The notes under the pieces: generated by a model
Told to the model about the DNA's origin: nothing
Database searches by the model: none
What the model saw: the letters and a program-made list of their open reading frames with translations, nothing else
Assembly (NCBI GenBank): GCA_964481345.1
Contig: CAYZTC010000004.1
Coordinates: forward strand, 5,731-69,730
Length of the DNA: 64,000 bases
Origin: an uncultured Candidatus Saccharibacteria bacterium
GTDB lineage: Bacteria; Patescibacteriota; Dojkabacteria; SC72; JAFGCJ01
Direction: 5' to 3'
Shown: positions 1-9,632 of the stretch, piece after piece
Layout: the number at the start of each line of letters is the position of its first letter
How positions within the stretch are numbered: the first letter of the stretch is position 1
Position numbers and translations under genes: made by a program

Positions 1-831
1 TACAGGATGAGCATTTTCTTCTTTATAAAGATCTCTTACCTTTGGGGAGAATTTAGTGTTATTAACTATAACGTAATTCGGAATCCTTCCAGTGTATTTT
101 ATAACTTCATTTAAATACCCTTGTGCTGTGAGACCGTTTGTTTGCCCTTTTCTAGTCATGAGACTAACCACAAATATCAGTTTTGCTTTTGATTTTTGTA
201 ATGATTCAGGTGCTTCCCCTACTACAAAATTGCACAAAGTGCTTGTATAAAGGTCTCCAGGCCCAAGAATGATATAGTGAGAGTCAAGAATTGCTTTCCT
301 TGCTCTTTCAGAGATACTTGATTTGGGCTGTGACTTGATATTTATGATTTTTGAACCTGAGTCATGTTTTTTGTCTGGCTGATCAATTTTGGACTCTCCT
401 ACCAATACCTCTTCATTATCATATTCTGCTACCAAGTCAATGTCATCATTTGAAATAGTGATGATCTCTCCTTTAATATTAAAAACCCTTGATAACTCCT
501 TGATAGCCTTTTCTTCACTGCCCAGAGATTCTGTTAGGGCTGTAATTAAAAGATTTCCAAAGTTATGTCCTTCCAGCTCTCCTTTATCAAAGCGGTAGGA
601 AAGAAGCTTTCTTAAAATGTTGTTCCCATTTCCATTTTCTGCAAGTGCAACCATGCATTGTCTTATATCTCCTACCGGAAGGATTCCGTATTCATCTCTT
701 AACCTTCCTGTACTTCCTCCGCTATCTGTCGCATTAACGATTGCTTTTAAGTCGAGGTTGGAATATTTCTTTAAACCGGTTAAAATTGTGTAGGTACCAG
801 TCCCTCCTCCAATTACTGTTGCTTTTATCAT
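1..831 (-). CDS. yvcK: YvcK/CofD-family (UDP-GlcNAc-binding gluconeogenesis factor), 3' end outside window
   Basis: Not in the ORF track. Manual minus-strand translation from 831 gives MIKATVIGGGTGTYTILTGLKKY...IVNATDSGGSTGRLRDEYGILPVGDIRQC, with IILGPGDLYTS later. These are YvcK signatures. Alternative ATG at 840. Confidence 0.9.
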   Translation of the reverse strand, partial: MIKATVIGGGTGTYTILTGLKKYSNLDLKAIVNATDSGGSTGRLRDEYGILPVGDIRQCMVALAENGNGNNILRKLLSYRFDKGELEGHNFGNLLITALTESLGSEEKAIKELSRVFNIKGEIITISNDDIDLVAEYDNEEVLVGESKIDQPDKKHDSGSKIINIKSQPKSSISERARKAILDSHYIILGPGDLYTSTLCNFVVGEAPESLQKSKAKLIFVVSLMTRKGQTNGLTAQGYLNEVIKYTGRIPNYVIVNNTKFSPKVRDLYKEENAHPV

Positions 832-911
832 GTCACGCATATTAACGAAGAAAAATAGCTTTAATTACATGATATGGTAGAATTGAGGGTTAATTTTTTG
901 AGGGTATTAAG

Positions 912-1232
912 ATGTCACATGTTGAACTTACAGATGATAACTTCCAGTCAGAGGTGCTGGATTATGATGGTTTGGTATTGGTTGATTTTTGGGCGTCCTG
1001 GTGTATGCCATGTCTAATGACAGGACCAATCATAGAGGAAATCTCAAAAGAGTTGGGTGAAAAGGTGAAAGTAGGAAAGGTTAATGTGGATGAAAATCAA
1101 CAGTATGCTCAAAAATATAATGTAATGAGTATTCCGACGGTTATTCTTTTTAAGAAAGGTGAAATTATTGAGCAATTTATTGGTGTGAGATCAAAAGAGG
1201 AGTATGTGGCTGCTATAGAAAAGAATTCGTAA
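912..1232 (+). CDS. trxA: Thioredoxin
   Basis: VLVDFWASWCMPC active-site region and SIPT cis-Pro motif; 106 aa. Confidence 0.95.
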   Translation: MSHVELTDDNFQSEVLDYDGLVLVDFWASWCMPCLMTGPIIEEISKELGEKVKVGKVNVDENQQYAQKYNVMSIPTVILFKKGEIIEQFIGVRSKEEYVAAIEKNS

Positions 1233-1236
1233 CCTA

Positions 1237-2196
1237 CTACTCTATTGTTATTACTACAATCTCTGGCGGATTGAAAAGTCTGATTCTTGTTCCTGTCGAT
1301 CCTACCCCTGAAGTAATATAAAGTGGTATCCCATTGTAATTGAAGTATCCTTTGTCATATTTCCTTGGGATCTCTGTTGGAATAGGTCCAATTGGTCCAA
1401 TAAATGGTAATCTGACCTCACCTCCATGAGTATGTCCTGAAAGTACAAGATCTACTTTATCTTCATAATCTGAGGAGTCTAAATCTTGTACTGCATCTGG
1501 ATTATGACTTAAAAATATTACGGTATCATCCTTGTTAACATCATCTAATATCGAGTAGTCTTCTTCATATGACCAAAGGTCTTTTATCCCCGCAATAGTA
1601 AGTGTAGAGTCATTTGTTTCAATTTCGGCTGTTTTGTTATCTAGTATAGTGAATTCAAGATCCTCTATTTTTTCTGTCAGACCCTCAACTAGTTTGACTG
1701 GTGGGGATGCATTTAGGTAGTCATGGTTTCCATATATGAATATTACTTTCTTTTCTATTTTTGAAAGGTAGTCTAAATTTGACAGAAACGTTGAGGCTTG
1801 GTTTACATTATCTCCAAGAAGTAAAAGATACTCTGCATCTTCCACGTTGTTTACTTTATTAACAAACAATGGAAGTTTTGCTGTGTTTAGAAACTGTCCC
1901 ACATGGAGATCTGATGCAATTATAAATTTGTACGGGTCTCCATTATAGTCATCAATGTCTATGGTTTCTTCTCTTACTACGATATTTAGCTGTTCTATTG
2001 TTGACCCGTATATGATTGTGGAAATTATTAAGGCAGAAAGAAATATAAGTAAAATGCTCCAGACTTTTAGTCTAGGATGCTCCTTGTATGCGATAACACC
2101 TGTAGCTGATGCTAGCAGAAATATTAACCATAAGCATAAATCTATTACATCGTTATAAATACCTAACACTTTGTAGGTGAGATCTGTAAGGTTCAT
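1237..2196 (-). CDS. Membrane-anchored metallophosphoesterase (YkuE-like, calcineurin-like)
   Basis: Two N-terminal TM segments; motifs SDLH, LGDNVN, GNHD, SHNPD, SGHTHGG and RLFNPPEI. Confidence 0.9.
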   Translation of the reverse strand: MNLTDLTYKVLGIYNDVIDLCLWLIFLLASATGVIAYKEHPRLKVWSILLIFLSALIISTIIYGSTIEQLNIVVREETIDIDDYNGDPYKFIIASDLHVGQFLNTAKLPLFVNKVNNVEDAEYLLLLGDNVNQASTFLSNLDYLSKIEKKVIFIYGNHDYLNASPPVKLVEGLTEKIEDLEFTILDNKTAEIETNDSTLTIAGIKDLWSYEEDYSILDDVNKDDTVIFLSHNPDAVQDLDSSDYEDKVDLVLSGHTHGGEVRLPFIGPIGPIPTEIPRKYDKGYFNYNGIPLYITSGVGSTGTRIRLFNPPEIVVITIE

Positions 2197-2261
2197 GGTT
2201 TTATTAAAATAATATTGCCATGTAGAATGTAGTGGAAAACATAAAATATTTCAAATTAGCT

Positions 2262-3083
2262 ATGCCAGAGCTTATTGATCTTGAGGTTACAAGAAGCAAC
2301 ATACTAAGGAAAGTTCAGGGTAAAAAAGTAAAGACTGTTGATGTTCAGCCCTCTTACCTACTGAGAAATTGTATGTCTGACCAGTTTAAGAAATCCTTAT
2401 CTGGTAAGAAACTTAATGATATTGAAAGAAAAGGCAAGGTGTTAATTTTTGATTTTAAAGAGGTAAAAGTAGGTATACATTTGATGCTGTTTGGCAATTT
2501 TTGTTGGTGTGATGAATTGGGAAGTAAAAAACCAGTGTTGAGAATATGTTTTGAAGACTCAGAATGTATTTGCGTTATCGATAGAAAACGTTGGGTAAAA
2601 GTTGAGCTTGAAGATCTAGATTCAGGTGTTAGTTCGAAACTTATTGAAAGAGAAATGGGGCCTGACCCATTGTCAGAATCTTTTGGATTATCAAATTTTG
2701 AAGAGATCATTAGTAAAAAGAAAAGATCTGGAATCAAATCAATTTTAATGGATCAGAAGGTCATTTCCGGCATTGGGAATGCTTACTCAGATGAGATATT
2801 GTGGAATGCCCAAATTCATCCTTTAACTAAAGGCGGGAAGCTTATTGACGGTGGGAGGGTTTAACTATTGTATCATTCTATATCAAAAGTACTAAAAGAA
2901 GCATTAAAGACAATAAAGTCAAGTTCAAAAGGAACAAGTATTTCAGAGCAAAGTAGGGATTTTATGAAGGTCTATCGAAAAGAGAGAGCACTCTGTCCAA
3001 GATGTGGAAGTCCAATTGTAAAGAGTTATGTTTGTGGAAGGGATACATTTATATGTAAGAAGTGTCAGAAGATACCTTGTTGA
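2262..3083 (+). pseudogene. mutM: Fpg/Nei DNA glycosylase interrupted by an in-frame TAA at 2862-2864
   Basis: MPEL N-terminus at 2262, RKGK, and H2TH motif LMDQKVISGIGNAYSDEIL. The zinc finger CPRC...GRDTFICKKCQ follows in the same frame after the stop (gtt TAA cta ttg tat). Confidence 0.85.
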
Positions 3084-3138
3084 AGCGTAGTATGAATAAG
3101 TGATATCATTAGTCTAGTTAAATTTTTAGCCGCAATAA

Positions 3139-3408
3139 ATGAAAGGTGACACAGAGGATATGCAGCAAATTGGTGTTGTGACACACTTCTTCCCGAAGGT
3201 GTCTGTTGCTGTAGTGAATCCAAGTGGACCTGTAAAAATCGGCGATAGTGTAAAGATCTGTGATAAGGAGGGAAACGTTGTTTTAGAGCAAGAAGTTGCC
3301 TCTATGCAGATTGACCATAAGGAGATAAAAGGTGCAAAGAATGGCGAGGAGTTTGCAATGTTGGTCGATGAGCCTGTAAGAGAGGGATATATTGTCTGTA
3401 AGGCATAA
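3139..3408 (+). CDS. Small beta-barrel protein, translation elongation factor-like / U32 C-terminal-like domain
   Basis: IGVVTHFFPKVSVAVV...GDSVKI...QEVASMQIDHKEIKGAKNGEEFAMLVDEPVREG pattern. Confidence 0.7.
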   Translation: MKGDTEDMQQIGVVTHFFPKVSVAVVNPSGPVKIGDSVKICDKEGNVVLEQEVASMQIDHKEIKGAKNGEEFAMLVDEPVREGYIVCKA

Positions 3409-3437
3409 CACTATTTTGATTATTCAAAACTGCTCAA

Positions 3438-4034
3438 ATGGCACTCCCTGAGATTTCTGTGTCTGGACGGGGTATGAAGATAACGGATTCTATCCGCAAG
3501 TATGTCATTGAGAAAATCGGGAAATATTCTGAGATTTGTAACAAATTTGTTACCGGTATAGAGGTTGAATGTGCCCAGAATACTGCTGCAAGGGGTGTTA
3601 AAGGAGATTTTAATGTTGAGATTATGGCTCACCTTCCTAAAGATATCGCAAGAGTTGAGAAGCAAGGTGCTGACTTATACGGGTTGGTTGATTTAGCGAC
3701 TGATGTTCTTATTAGAAAAATAAAGAAACATAAGGAACGATTAAGACAGAGAAACGATGGAAAAAAAGTTAAGTCTGAAGATTATTCAGATATCGAAGCT
3801 GAAGATAATTTTATCAGCTATATTCCAAGGATTGGCAAGAAGAAAATAATTGATGGTTGTAAGCCATTGTTATCTGAAGAAGCAATTGAGAAAATGGAAA
3901 TGCTTGACTATGACAATTTCTTGTTCAAAGACAGTAAAAGTGGTTTATGCTCAATGGTATATAGAAGAAAAGATGGGACCTATGGACTTGTTCAACTTCA
4001 GCCTGAGGCCGAATATTCTCGAAATTCTGAATAA
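3438..4034 (+). CDS. hpf: Long ribosome hibernation promoting factor (HPF/RaiA)
   Basis: ISVSGRGMKITDSIRKYVIEKIGK and DLYGLVDLATDVLIRKIKKHKE; C-terminal EEAIEKMEMLDYDNFLFKD...MVYRRKDGTYGL. Confidence 0.92.
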   Translation: MALPEISVSGRGMKITDSIRKYVIEKIGKYSEICNKFVTGIEVECAQNTAARGVKGDFNVEIMAHLPKDIARVEKQGADLYGLVDLATDVLIRKIKKHKERLRQRNDGKKVKSEDYSDIEAEDNFISYIPRIGKKKIIDGCKPLLSEEAIEKMEMLDYDNFLFKDSKSGLCSMVYRRKDGTYGLVQLQPEAEYSRNSE

Positions 4035-4060
4035 CCGAGTGTTTAGTTTTGTCTAAGTGA

Positions 4061-4798
4061 TTACTCTAAAAACTCTCCAACAAAATCTTTTGTTATTCCG
4101 AGAAATGAGTAGGATCTAGGATTTTCAACATTATCCTGGATACTTGCGTCATCTCTTAGTGCTGAAAGCCATGGTTGTACCTCCTCGGCAACCTTTTGGT
4201 CCCTGAGTGTATCTTCAACTTCTTCTTGAGCCTCTTCAAACGTAATGTCCTCATCGTCTGGAAAAAGAGTTTCTTTATATTCATTAAAGAAGTTTTGTGC
4301 TTCCTCATCTGTTATCTCGATCTCTGATTGAAGAATCCTTTCAACAAGAAGTGTTGTTTCGATCTGTCTTTTAAGTTGTTCTCTTGTGATGCCGAGTGCT
4401 TTTAATTCTTCATTTAGTACATCCTCACCACCATATTGTTCTTCCAATTCGTCAACTTGTTCTTGTATCTCTTCATCAGTAATTGTAATTCCTTCTCCTT
4501 CTGCTTCTTGATAGACTAAAACCTCATCGATCATTTGACTGACTATTGATGTTCCGTATCTTTGCTCTAGCTTGTCATAGAAATCATTTCTGCTTATTCT
4601 TTCTCCATTTACTACAGCGACTGATGCGTGATAGTTTAAGTACTGAACGACGTAGTCCACGACTACGAGCGAAACAACAAATAGTATTATCCAAAAAGCT
4701 AGACTTTTTAGAACTTTCGAAATTCTTTCTTTTCTTTCTTTGGGATTCTTTTTAGAATATTTTTTTGTGGACTTTTTACTTTTCTTAATTAATGCCAT
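4061..4798 (-). CDS. SurA N-terminal-domain / PrsA-like membrane-anchored foldase (no parvulin domain seen)
   Basis: Basic N-terminus plus TM, VAVVNGERI, MIDEVLVYQEA...ITITDEEI and FEEAQEEV. Confidence 0.8.
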   Translation of the reverse strand: MALIKKSKKSTKKYSKKNPKERKERISKVLKSLAFWIILFVVSLVVVDYVVQYLNYHASVAVVNGERISRNDFYDKLEQRYGTSIVSQMIDEVLVYQEAEGEGITITDEEIQEQVDELEEQYGGEDVLNEELKALGITREQLKRQIETTLLVERILQSEIEITDEEAQNFFNEYKETLFPDDEDITFEEAQEEVEDTLRDQKVAEEVQPWLSALRDDASIQDNVENPRSYSFLGITKDFVGEFLE

Positions 4799-4854
4799 GA
4801 AATGTGAGTCAAAAATTTAGCTAGGTTGAGTTTATCAGAAGGATTAAAAAGTGT

Positions 4855-6396
4855 CTAGGAAAGGCAAATGTTCGCCCTCCTCTGTGTGTAGAAAAAGGCT
4901 ATAGGAAAGACAAGAATCAGGAATAGCATATATTTGCTAATTGGTGTTCCGGTTGAAGCCAATACTTCTCCATTTGAATAAGTAATGTCTTTTGAGGATA
5001 TTGGCATTACTCGTAGTTTGGGATTTCCATCGTCGTCGTTACCATACTGAGATATGATTCCTACTGCTGTGATTTGTTTGCCTTTGATATCTGATGGGAT
5101 TTCAATATTTAAGTACTTTGAAACGTTTACTTTTGCGGTTTCGCTATTGTTTGTTATATAAATATAATTTCCAACCTTTTTATCTACTATTCCAGTAATT
5201 GAAACTAAACTCCCAATATATTTAACTAGATCTTTGAAGTCTTCTATTGTTAGAGGTGATATTTTTATGCTATCTTCATTTTTAGTTATTGTATTTACTA
5301 CTATTCTTTTTTCTCCATATGCTGTATCAATTTTCCCTTTAAGTACATAAACATTACCATTTTGAAGTTTTGTTCCTTCAACAACTTTGTATCTTATTCC
5401 TCCAGTACTGTCCTGGATATAACCTTCCTTTTCATATATTAATCCTGGTGATGCAGTAATTACTCCTTTAATCGATACAGCCGTGTTTTTATCAAGTAAC
5501 CTTGCGTCATTAATGCTTGTCAGAATGGGATTATTCGGATCTTCAACCACTTCTATTTCGAAGACATTAGTGGCCGAAAGTCCTGAATTATCTGTTACCG
5601 TAAATATTGTTTCAAACTTACCCTCACTATCAAATGTGTATTTGAATATCTGGGAATCTTCTAAAATATCTAGTTCTCGTATTTTCCACTCATAAGTTTC
5701 TATTGTTCCATCAGGGTCGTATGATTGAGATCCATCAAACACTACTTCTTTTCCTAGATAGACCGGATCATCATACTCTACCTGTGCAACTGGTAGGATT
5801 TTGTTTTCTTCTCCTGGTGTGGGATCATCGCATTCCGTGAAGTCTTCTTCATGATTATCAGTATCGTTTTGACTGACCCTGCAAAGTGAATGACCAGATG
5901 ATACATCTAGTGCAAAGGTTGTTCCGATGTTCCCGGTATCATCAATAAGCTCATTGATGTTTGGAGAGTCATAAAGAAGTGTGTCTTTTACAATTCCTTG
6001 GTCATTCAGTATTCTTATGCCGTCTGTTTCAGATCCTCCATTTTGAAATCCTAATTTACTTACTATGTAGTCTGCTGTTGTATTTGGCTCACCAATTACT
6101 CTAATTTCCTCTGGAGACATTTTGAAATTTTCGAGTGTAATAACGTTTTCAAACTTACTGCCCCCAACCTCAATTTTCCAGTTGAAAAGGTTGATATAAT
6201 AGCCCGAAATATTTTTAATTTCGATCCACTCGCAACCAGTATCGGTTCCTTCTGGATCGTATACAACCTCATTAATAATAACGGTATCTGCTGACCCGTA
6301 GGCTGGGGTAACAGTAAGTAGGAAAAGTATGGGAGCTAGTAGCATTAAAAGAATATTTGTATATATGATTAGTTTTCTACTAGCGTGAGTTCCCAT
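4855..6396 (-). CDS. Secreted lamin-tail + PKD + two OB-fold domain protein with LASTG-TM-basic tail
   Basis: IIINEV-type LTD start (VIINEVVYDPEGTD..EWIEIKN); PKD (FDGSQSYDPDGTIETYEW..TVTDNSG); OB (SIKGVITA..YIQDSTGGI); C-terminal EVLASTG + TM + RR. Confidence 0.8.
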   Translation of the reverse strand: MGTHASRKLIIYTNILLMLLAPILFLLTVTPAYGSADTVIINEVVYDPEGTDTGCEWIEIKNISGYYINLFNWKIEVGGSKFENVITLENFKMSPEEIRVIGEPNTTADYIVSKLGFQNGGSETDGIRILNDQGIVKDTLLYDSPNINELIDDTGNIGTTFALDVSSGHSLCRVSQNDTDNHEEDFTECDDPTPGEENKILPVAQVEYDDPVYLGKEVVFDGSQSYDPDGTIETYEWKIRELDILEDSQIFKYTFDSEGKFETIFTVTDNSGLSATNVFEIEVVEDPNNPILTSINDARLLDKNTAVSIKGVITASPGLIYEKEGYIQDSTGGIRYKVVEGTKLQNGNVYVLKGKIDTAYGEKRIVVNTITKNEDSIKISPLTIEDFKDLVKYIGSLVSITGIVDKKVGNYIYITNNSETAKVNVSKYLNIEIPSDIKGKQITAVGIISQYGNDDDGNPKLRVMPISSKDITYSNGEVLASTGTPISKYMLFLILVFPIAFFYTQRRANICLS

Positions 6397-6454
6397 ACTT
6401 GATATATATGATATCTATCAAATATGAAAAAGTTATTAAAAATATTTCGGGAAA

Positions 6455-7732
6455 TTACTGAAGGTGTAGATATGTTGTTACCCAGCCGTTTGAGTGTTCG
6501 ATCATAGCCCATTTTCCTCCATATCCATCTATACCTCTTGTTAGTTCTCCTGCCCATGCACTATATACAGGTGCTCCTGTCCCGAGTGTGGTCGACATAT
6601 CAATGCATAAACCTTGATGGTAATCCTGGGTCCAGTATACATTTCCTGCAAGTGGAACTTGCATGCTGTTTGATCTTACATAGTATCTAGGAAAAGACCC
6701 TACATAGTCGTGAATGTCTGGACCTAATTTTAGGTAGGTTGGGAATGGATAAACATTTCCCCAGAAATAGCTGTATCCTGGGTATGGTGTTCCGTTATTG
6801 ATGCAAAAGTGTAGGTGAGCACCGAAGGCAAGTCCCGTATCTCCCATATATCCGATTACAGCTCCCTTCGAGATATATCCTTCATATGTTCCACTTCCAC
6901 CAGTTGCAGCAATGGCTTTGGAAATCTCTGCGGTAAGGCTGTTTATCTCTGAAAATGTGGCTTCAAGGTCAGTAGAATACTGTTGCTCTTTTTTTATTGA
7001 TTCTGCAAGAAGGTTTTGCTGTTGGGCTGTCTGTTGTATTAAGTTGTCACTTTGTCTGGTAAGTTCTGCTCTTTGATCTTCAGTTTCATTTCTTAATTCT
7101 TGAACTTCTGCTCTGTCTTCAATCAGTTTATTCTCCTCTGATACAAGTTGTTGCTTTGAAATTGACATTTGTGTGAGCATTTCCCTGTCTCTTTCTTTAA
7201 TCCTCGCAATATACTTCATCTTTCTTAAAACTGACTCAAAGTCATTTGATCCTAGAATTAATTCCAAAGGTGAAATAAATGTCATTTTGTACCCAAGCTT
7301 TGTTCTTTCCTTCATTGCTTCTTCCAACTTGTTTATCTCTTGTGTTAGCGTGTCAATACTTACTTGCAGTTCACTAATTTCTTCACCAAGAAGGATTATT
7401 TCTACATTATTCCTTTCGATGTCAACCTCGAGCTCAGATATTGTAATTTCTGTTTTTTGGATTAGGTAGGAAAGATATTCAATTTGTTGTGTAAGGGACT
7501 GCTGGCTTTGCTGTTCTGAAGATATTGCACCTTCTAGATTAGATTTTTCCTGACTTAGTTGTACGTATTCATCGTTTAGACACTCAAGTCTTTCTGATGG
7601 GCTCATTGATTCAGGACATGATCCACTATAGGCAAATGTGGGTTTTGGCTCAAACTGACTATTAAGTACTAGAAATGAGGAGAGTATGAAGAATAGTGCA
7701 ATGGCTATTTTGAGGGCAGGACTTTTGGTCAT
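6455..7732 (-). CDS. FtsX-partner coiled-coil peptidoglycan hydrolase/activator (EnvC/PcsB-like) with circularly permuted M23 domain
   Basis: Signal peptide and ~230 aa heptad coiled coil. M23 motifs are in swapped order: IGYMGDTG..GAHLHF comes first, then H..ID..GAPVYS..G..IEHSNG..TTYLHL. Overlaps the ftsX stop. Confidence 0.85.
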   Translation of the reverse strand: MTKSPALKIAIALFFILSSFLVLNSQFEPKPTFAYSGSCPESMSPSERLECLNDEYVQLSQEKSNLEGAISSEQQSQQSLTQQIEYLSYLIQKTEITISELEVDIERNNVEIILLGEEISELQVSIDTLTQEINKLEEAMKERTKLGYKMTFISPLELILGSNDFESVLRKMKYIARIKERDREMLTQMSISKQQLVSEENKLIEDRAEVQELRNETEDQRAELTRQSDNLIQQTAQQQNLLAESIKKEQQYSTDLEATFSEINSLTAEISKAIAATGGSGTYEGYISKGAVIGYMGDTGLAFGAHLHFCINNGTPYPGYSYFWGNVYPFPTYLKLGPDIHDYVGSFPRYYVRSNSMQVPLAGNVYWTQDYHQGLCIDMSTTLGTGAPVYSAWAGELTRGIDGYGGKWAMIEHSNGWVTTYLHLQ

Positions 7733-8664
7733 TTTAGTTGTTTCCAGATAGCTATTGAGCTACTGAAAAAGCCAATTAAAGTACCAGCACTGATTTCAGA
7801 AAGTACTATTTTGGAAATAAATCCAAGGTCTAGATCCTTTAAGTAGGGTGTTCCGATTTCGGTGAATGTTTGGGATATGAAGTAAAACAATTCACTATCC
7901 CTTAGTACTGCTATTACTCCATACCATACAACCAGCATTGAAATGATTGCTAATGTAGAGCCTGCAAATCCATAAAAGGTTCCTTCAAGTAAATATGGAA
8001 TTCTAATGTAGCTTCTAGTGGAACCCACAAGTTGCATGGTGTCGATCTCGTGTTTGTGGCTGTTTATGTTAAAACTTATTGCAATCAATATTAAGATTAT
8101 AGATATTCCTGAAAGAGCAACTACAATTGCTATACCTCCTCTGTTGATAATCTGTGAAATATCTTCCAGGGTGTCGATAACATCTTGAAAGTACATTACA
8201 TCTTCTATGCTTTCAACCTCTTCCCTTATGGAGTCTACTATACCTAGCACCTCATCCATATCTTCGATTTTATAAACTCTTAGCCCAATACTTGGAGGTA
8301 GTGCATCGGCAGTAATTGAATCTACTAGTGTGGGGTCATCTTCAAAATCCCTTTTGTAAATCTCTAATGCTTCCTCCTGAGATACATACTCTACGTTTTC
8401 AATTAAATCTGAATTTTCAAGGGTTTCTTTTACACTGAATATTTCCTCTTCGGGTGTTTGGGTGTTAAAGAATAGTATTATTTGGGCTTTTCTTTCGAAA
8501 GCACTTACAGTTTTCCCTGATACTATAGCAAGGGCTATGATTGAAGATGCAATAATAAATGTTAGGTATACCACTAGTATTGTGGCTAGAGAAAGCCATT
8601 TATTCCTTACAATATTCTTTTTTGTATTTGTAATGATTCTTTTAATAATTATTGATTTTCCCAT
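7729..8664 (-). CDS. ftsX: Cell division permease FtsX
   Basis: [46 protein letters not shown]; four TMs; directly after ftsE. Confidence 0.93.
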   Translation of the reverse strand: MGKSIIIKRIITNTKKNIVRNKWLSLATILVVYLTFIIASSIIALAIVSGKTVSAFERKAQIILFFNTQTPEEEIFSVKETLENSDLIENVEYVSQEEALEIYKRDFEDDPTLVDSITADALPPSIGLRVYKIEDMDEVLGIVDSIREEVESIEDVMYFQDVIDTLEDISQIINRGGIAIVVALSGISIILILIAISFNINSHKHEIDTMQLVGSTRSYIRIPYLLEGTFYGFAGSTLAIISMLVVWYGVIAVLRDSELFYFISQTFTEIGTPYLKDLDLGFISKIVLSEISAGTLIGFFSSSIAIWKQLK

Positions 8665-8666
8665 AT

Positions 8667-9587
8667 TTACTTTTTAACAAATTTTTCCAAAGATTTCATT
8701 ATTTCATCTGTGCTTTTTTTGCTGATTCCTTTGATCTCTCCTAATTCATCTTCTGTCATATCTAAGATTTTGTCCACTGTTTCAATTTTGTTTTTTATAA
8801 GAGTGTTTTTAATCCTTTCGTCTAGCTCGAGGTCTTTCACCTTGTTTGATATAGAACTCTCTTTTTTCTTTCCTGGTTGCTTTACCTTTGGCTTTACTTT
8901 TTTGAGGGGTGGTTTTCCGTATCCGCCTTTGCTGTCACTTATTATTTTACCTTCTTCTAGTCTTATTACTCTTTTTTGCATTTTGTCTACAAGGTCTTTG
9001 TTATGTGTTGCAACAACCACAGTAGTACCCCATTTGTTAATCTTTTCCATGATGTTAAGTATTTCCTCTGCATTGTCTGGATCCAGATCTCCAGTAGGCT
9101 CATCTGCAATAAATAATTTGGGGTCATTTGCAAGTGCTCTTGCCATACCAGCTCTTTGTTTTTCACCACCAGAAAGTTGAATTGGAAAAAGGTTAGCCCT
9201 TTCTGTGAGTTTTGTAACGTCAAGAAGGTAGTCTGCAGTTTCTTTTAGCTCCTTGTCATTTTTTCCAGTAATCTCAAGTGCAAACTCAATGTTTTCTCTT
9301 ACTGTTTTAGAATCAATTAGTTTGTCATCCTGGAAAACAATTCCAATCTGCTGTCTATAGGCAGGGACCATTTCCCTTTTCATTTTTACCACATCAATAT
9401 CTTCAAATTTAATGATTCCAGTGGAAGGGAGATCTCTTCTTATTAATAATCTGACTATTGTGGTTTTACCTGCACCTGATGGTCCCACTATAAAAATGAA
9501 TTCACCATTACCAACATCAAATGTAACCTTATCTAAAGCCTTTATATTGGAGCCATATATTTTCGATACTTCTTTAAAGCTGATCAT
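8667..9587 (-). CDS. ftsE: Cell division ATPase FtsE with C-terminal RNAP alpha-CTD-like extension
   Basis: Walker [39 protein letters not shown]. Then a Lys/Pro linker and an extra ~60 aa domain. ATG 9587 preferred over GTG 9593. Confidence 0.93.
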   Translation of the reverse strand: MISFKEVSKIYGSNIKALDKVTFDVGNGEFIFIVGPSGAGKTTIVRLLIRRDLPSTGIIKFEDIDVVKMKREMVPAYRQQIGIVFQDDKLIDSKTVRENIEFALEITGKNDKELKETADYLLDVTKLTERANLFPIQLSGGEKQRAGMARALANDPKLFIADEPTGDLDPDNAEEILNIMEKINKWGTTVVVATHNKDLVDKMQKRVIRLEEGKIISDSKGGYGKPPLKKVKPKVKQPGKKKESSISNKVKDLELDERIKNTLIKNKIETVDKILDMTEDELGEIKGISKKSTDEIMKSLEKFVKK

Positions 9588-9632
9588 TCTCACTACATTA
9601 TGCCAAAAGGGACTATATTTTCAAAGGGAATC

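Noticed and set aside
912-1232. Non-canonical thioredoxin motif WCMPC
   Set aside because: The CxxC is intact and variation at this position is common.
2862-2864. Stop-codon reassignment or readthrough explaining the split mutM
   Set aside because: The stop is TAA, which ends many genes here. RF2 is intact and other genes are not interrupted.
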